This document shows, piece by piece, positions 60,801 to 64,000 of a stretch of DNA of 64,000 nt. Both the position numbers and the translations under genes were made by a program. The number at the start of each line of letters is the position of its first letter. Position 1 is the first letter of the stretch. Origin of the DNA: a virus; the IMG/VR virus record IMGVR_UViG_3300027730_000009, positions 27,974 to 91,973 of that record; one strand, given 5' to 3'. The notes beneath the pieces are model-generated. The model saw nothing but the letters and a program-made list of their open reading frames with translations, was not told the origin of the DNA and did not search any database.

Positions 60801-61598
60801 GATAGCGTTGCTTGGATACCTTATGTTCTAGAGTTTCAAACTAAACATGACTGCAAAGTTATTGTATCCACATTTTGGAATAAGCTTTTCAAAAACACAT
60901 ATCCCGAACTTGAATTTGTTGAGCCAGGAGCTGTTGTCCACAACTTAATGGCTATGTACAAGTTAGGTTGGTTTTACAATATGGATATGGAACCAGTTGC
61001 ACCAAATCTTATTCCACTGCAAAAAGCAGCATCGAACATTTTAGGTTTAGATTTCGAAGAAATTCAACCGAGAATAGATGTCCATATTAAAGAAAGACCC
61101 TACAAGGAAAAGTATGTGGCTATTGCAACCAATTCAACTGCAGGTTTGAAATTTTGGACAAGAGATGGTTGGCAACAACTTGTTGATTACTTAATATCAA
61201 AAGGGTATAAGGTGATTAACGTTTCAAAAGAAAAAAATCCTTTCAGGGGAGTGAACGAATTAAAAGATACTTCTATTGAAAATACAATGAACGTGATACA
61301 CCACAGTGAATTTCTAATAGGACTTTCCAGTGGATTGTCTTGGCTTAGTTGGGGTATGGGAAAACACGTTGTAATGATTTCGAACTTTACAAAAGATGAC
61401 CACGAATTTACTTCAAATTGTACTAGAATCACGAATCCTGAAGTATGTAATGGTTGTTGGAATAATCCAAAATTTGTATTCGACAAAGGAGATTGGGATT
61501 GGTGTCCAGAACACAAAGGAACCCCAAGACAATTTGAATGTCACACTTCTATCACCCCAAAAATGGTGATAAATAAAATTGAAAAACTAGTTAGTTGA
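57804..61598 (+). CDS. Four-domain glycosyltransferase: GT25 + GT-A (DxD) + GT4 + Aah/TibC-like GT9
   Basis: NL..R.DR, GC..SH, LEDD; YVDTD; HLSTGG, KNQ, ECNPLVLRE; SLGDSVAW, GLSSGLSWL, CNGCW..WCP.HKGT.RQFEC. Confidence 0.8.
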   Translation: MSFYFKGIKIADCCYVLNLPTRIDRKKVVDELLSSLFFSGYTFFDGQVIENPELKKFGCTFSHLQIFQEFLKTDKQTIVILEDDIKLFNGVNNYHLDNVFNNWEETISNYDVIALGTKLLPRSVIEPEGETHGNFKELLCAHGFFYHRTVVEHIVDKLSNFDKPGHPLYKCAIDMFLNDISNVRYRFRHFHELKSFKFGITIPMIFNQSAGYSDNEETNENYENLIEQAYWNALPIPKNEVMKDEKKPRGFVYYCNEKYIPIVEQSIRLMRKYTSLPIYVYLVDCSYDFKLPNVNTIIWSVELENFDDEMYTKEDENFYIRREDKRFYKLLIQRPLIVKHCLENFLETAAYVDTDSVPMPWVENFFNHFHYDSEVPYFTECFYSYLSLNGRGSGPDNDFTNTLEHETCELLGVDQSVRKWYRQTGYFIAGQNCLDFLDEWHWFCTHPKILENPELYAPFHEETIMNVMMWKKKVFKGLHLVYVNATSETVDKLFNEITFNGENQILGPWFGVPGELEHIYFLHGEKRLEVMSEMSKKIDNYTTKTKPRILFLAPHLSTGGMPGFLLKRILTLQEYRNEFDLYVVEYSNYSDEYVVQKTSIKHIIPKSNYFTLGSDKMELIDIIKRNKIDVVHIDDNIESLETFNRTPTALMNALYANDRSWFIVETCHNVSFKPELSKTFHPDAYAFCSPWHKAVSFSTMPSYSEVIEFPIDTLSTPDEIKEGIQTALGLNPEKIHIVNVGLWTPGKNQKEGIELARLFEFSNPEYEFHFIGNQAPNFKDYWEPLMMNLPSNVKVWGERKDASLFIQASDAFLFNSTWECNPLVLREAISFGKKILARNLPEYMGMFDEYIVPINSNLEELKTKLVDLVKSDICYLVPEGQSKDFANKNADLYHKVINSPKMENERMVTDVKIIQHFVNQPFLEIVGNSDSDFRVEFYDEQGVCHYNNTIKSNHWIRLNRQYYTKWTTKVYKDDKLIHNKTLDLKNKRVFISFDSKSLGDSVAWIPYVLEFQTKHDCKVIVSTFWNKLFKNTYPELEFVEPGAVVHNLMAMYKLGWFYNMDMEPVAPNLIPLQKAASNILGLDFEEIQPRIDVHIKERPYKEKYVAIATNSTAGLKFWTRDGWQQLVDYLISKGYKVINVSKEKNPFRGVNELKDTSIENTMNVIHHSEFLIGLSSGLSWLSWGMGKHVVMISNFTKDDHEFTSNCTRITNPEVCNGCWNNPKFVFDKGDWDWCPEHKGTPRQFECHTSITPKMVINKIEKLVS

Positions 61599-61602
61599 AA
61601 AT

Positions 61603-62508
61603 TTATTGAGAACGGTTTTCCCAAGGAAAATCTTCGGTAGTGTTTTCTAAACCCAACCAATTTGTGAATTTCTTTAATTCTCCTGGTTTTTCAATTTCAA
61701 CAATAAAAAAGTTTTTCTTTTTGGAAAAAAAATTCACACAATTTTCAATGTGTGTATCATATACTTTTGTTAATTTGTTTTCCAGATTATCTAAACTATC
61801 TATGCCCCATGATTTAAAAATAGGATATAGGTGACCTATAAGTTTAGATTGTGTCCCATCCGACATGTATGTGTGAATATATGAATTATCGAAAATTAAA
61901 GCATTCCCTTTAAGCGAATCGTAAAAGTTTACAACGCTCTTAACCCATTTTTTGGTGTTTGCTCTAAGGGTTAACACATAAATGTCATTTGGTCTATTAT
62001 CAAATATTATTTCATGAATGCCTGGAAAAGAAAATGGCGCATCATTAAATACATTGTACTGGGGGTTATTTAAAATAGATATTAATTTACCATAATCTTT
62101 GTGAAAAACATCTGGAACAACATTGTGTAATAAGGCTTGTTCTGGAAAAACACTATAACCGAAATTATCTAATGCTTTGACAAAAGAAGATGTACCAGTT
62201 TTGTTCAAACCCAAACAAATTATGTTTTGTGTTTTACTTGAATCAGATAACTCAGTTTCAATAAGTTTTTCTGACAAAAGCTCCTTAGATGTTGCATCCC
62301 TCAAAATTAGTTTTGAACAGCCACGATAATCTAAATTTGGTATAAACCAAACCCCTTTTCCTTGAAAACAAAACGTGATTGTTCGATTAACCCATTCAAC
62401 ACCCAAAAGGTTTGTAGATATTGTTACAGTAATTGGGTCTGAACCTAAATAAATTATCTTATATCTATTATTAACAATTTCAAATTTAAAAATGTCTTTC
62501 CAGTGCAT
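61603..62508 (-). CDS. Sulfotransferase-family protein (Sulfotransfer_4-like)
   Basis: ICLGLNKTGTSS PAPS loop, LTLR....WVKS, FPWEN. Confidence 0.7.
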   Translation of the reverse strand: MHWKDIFKFEIVNNRYKIIYLGSDPITVTISTNLLGVEWVNRTITFCFQGKGVWFIPNLDYRGCSKLILRDATSKELLSEKLIETELSDSSKTQNIICLGLNKTGTSSFVKALDNFGYSVFPEQALLHNVVPDVFHKDYGKLISILNNPQYNVFNDAPFSFPGIHEIIFDNRPNDIYVLTLRANTKKWVKSVVNFYDSLKGNALIFDNSYIHTYMSDGTQSKLIGHLYPIFKSWGIDSLDNLENKLTKVYDTHIENCVNFFSKKKNFFIVEIEKPGELKKFTNWLGLENTTEDFPWENRSQ

Positions 62509-62543
62509 GAGTAAAAAATAGTTTTTTGTTTTGTTTTATAAAT

Positions 62544-62570
62544 AAAAAAGGGGACCTAAGTCCCCTTTTT
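62544..62570. terminator. Intrinsic terminator
   Basis: AAAAAAGGGGAC-ctaa-GTCCCCTTTTT. Confidence 0.75.
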
Positions 62571-62571
62571 G

Positions 62572-63999
62572 TTATACTTTCTTGGGATAGTATTCCAACC
62601 AAACTTTTGGAACATCTTTACGCTCTGCGTGAACGATGAAGAACGCACTTATTTCTCCACAACCACATCCTATAAAGACTTTGTTGTCTTCGGTTTTTTC
62701 AACGTAATGTGTGCAACCTTTTCCGATTGGTGTTAAGTAAACTGTGATACTATTCTCATCCACAAGACCTACCCAATAGTCCGGTAATTCGATTTCAGTT
62801 GAATTTGTCTTTCCTCTGAAATAAACACCATGTTCTGGTCCCTCCAAGTTACCGTATTGAAGTCTCCATGGTTCTTCTTTTGTTGGGTGGGAAATATCAA
62901 ATGATTTTGAAACTGCTGTGATTGCACTGAAGTTCAACAAACTAGCACTTCCTTGACCATCAAAAGTACCTGTATTGACATCTACTTCAGTAACAGCACC
63001 AAGTCCGATTGTTGTTCCATCATCAGAAATACTGGAGTCACCGATAGCCGTTGAACCAGTAAACTTAACTACTTGGTTTGTAGTACCTCCAACTGCAACT
63101 GAAGTTCCGCTTGTTCCTGAAGAACCACTTGTTCCCGAAGTACCTGCACTACCAGAACTACCCTGTATTCCAACAGTGTAAAAACTAACTACACAACCCT
63201 CAGATGGACCTGACGGTAATGATGTACCATTATCATCGATAAAAGTTACCCCAAAAGTCCAATAAGAACCACTATCTGTTATACTTGTTATTTCATACGC
63301 AGCTCGTCTAATAGTGCTAGGAATGTATAAACTAATTATTGAACCTAATCCCAAACCTTGCCAGAAAGTTGACCATATTTGCGGTACTGAATAATTGTTA
63401 ACCTCACTAATTTTTATTGTTGTGACATTGGTCGTAACATTGGAATCTGTGGACATTCCTAAAGGCACTGGATTAGCACCTGATGTACTTGTCAAGAACC
63501 AAGCCCCAGAGTTTCCTGGGGGTCCTATCTCACCTGAGCTTCCTGAAGAACCGCTTGTTCCCGAAGTACCACTTGTCCCAGAAGAACCCGAAGTACCAGT
63601 TGAACCACTTGTTCCAGATGAACCTGAAGTTCCTGAGGTTCCAGTCGTACCTGATGTTCCTGAGGTTCCAGTTGTACCACTTGTTCCCGATGTTCCCGAT
63701 GTACCAGTTGTTCCTGAAGTACCCGAAGTTCCAGTAGTACCACTTGTTCCCGAAGTTCCTGATGAACCTGAAGTGCCGGTGGTTCCACTTGTCCCAGATG
63801 TCCCTGCGGTACCGCTTGTTCCTGATGAACCTGAAGTTCCTGAGGTTCCAGTCGTACCTGATGTTCCTGAGGTTCCAGTTGTACCACTTGTTCCCGAGGT
63901 GCCTGATGTACCAGTTGTTCCTGAGGTACCCGAAGTTCCTGTTGTTCCGCTAGTTCCAGAGGTACCTGAGGTTCCTGAAGTACCTGTTGTGCCACTTGT
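62572..63999 (-). CDS. 3' part of (Gly-Thr-Ser)n collagen-like tail fibre, open beyond the window
   Basis: Frame is stop-free from 63999 (TSGTTGTSGTS...); C-terminal KSFDISHP..LEGPE.GVY.RG fibre-type domain. Confidence 0.8.
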   Translation of the reverse strand, partial: TSGTTGTSGTSGTSGTSGTTGTSGTSGTTGTSGTSGTSGTTGTSGTSGTTGTSGTSGSSGTSGTAGTSGTSGTTGTSGSSGTSGTSGTTGTSGTSGTTGTSGTSGTSGTTGTSGTSGTTGTSGTSGSSGTSGSTGTSGSSGTSGTSGTSGSSGSSGEIGPPGNSGAWFLTSTSGANPVPLGMSTDSNVTTNVTTIKISEVNNYSVPQIWSTFWQGLGLGSIISLYIPSTIRRAAYEITSITDSGSYWTFGVTFIDDNGTSLPSGPSEGCVVSFYTVGIQGSSGSAGTSGTSGSSGTSGTSVAVGGTTNQVVKFTGSTAIGDSSISDDGTTIGLGAVTEVDVNTGTFDGQGSASLLNFSAITAVSKSFDISHPTKEEPWRLQYGNLEGPEHGVYFRGKTNSTEIELPDYWVGLVDENSITVYLTPIGKGCTHYVEKTEDNKVFIGCGCGEISAFFIVHAERKDVPKVWLEYYPKKV

Positions 64000-64000
64000 T

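Noticed and set aside
63483-63995. ORFs 63525-63995 (minus), 63483-63737 and 63744-63953 (plus)
   Set aside because: Alternate frames of the GTS repeat; the real frame is continuous with 62572-63495.
1-64000. Stop-codon reassignment
   Set aside because: Known genes are intact in code 11, and TAA, TAG and TGA all end tightly packed ORFs.
1-64000. tRNA or rRNA genes
   Set aside because: Intergenic gaps are short and no T-loop or cloverleaf signature was seen by eye; not checked computationally.
1-64000. Eukaryotic giant virus origin suggested by collagens, LRRs and the Rmt2-like gene
   Set aside because: Sigma70, DnaG-type primase, amidase, bacterial promoters, terminators and coupled operons indicate a bacteriophage.

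Overview
This is an AT-rich, gene-dense window, mostly on the minus strand, from a large (jumbo-type) tailed dsDNA phage read with the standard genetic code. The likely host is in the Bacteroidota: there are TTTG-N20-TAnnTTTG promoters, a short Bacteroidota-type primary sigma factor, an Hc1-like histone and SprB-like repeats. Contents in order: RNA-repair-like cluster (kinase, phosphoesterase, RNA ligase), an N4/N6 DNA methyltransferase, free-standing LAGLIDADG and GIY-YIG endonucleases and an Rmt2/GAMT-like methyltransferase; three tandem giant collagen-like genes with C-terminal S74 chaperones; Grx/Trx, PcfJ-like, DUF932, Dam-like methyltransferase and DnaJ; putative head-internal proteins, a probable lysis block and the sigma factor; Rad50/Mre11-like nuclease, PD-(D/E)XK nuclease, primase and RuvC-like resolvase; Pro/Thr- and Cys-rich virion proteins; a methyltransferase, four-domain glycosyltransferase and sulfotransferase; and the 3' part of a (Gly-Thr-Ser)n fibre gene. 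The main hidden signal is in the three collagen paralogues (12.4-23.8 kb). Each has its own 7-triplet periodic signature and all share a 70-triplet super-repeat. Hand-counted helix lengths are 271, 341 and about 339 triplets, so they match except for exactly one 70-triplet unit. This suggests a register-matched, co-assembling and possibly heterotrimeric phage collagen fibre of about 290 nm. All family calls come from motif recognition by eye; no searches were run.
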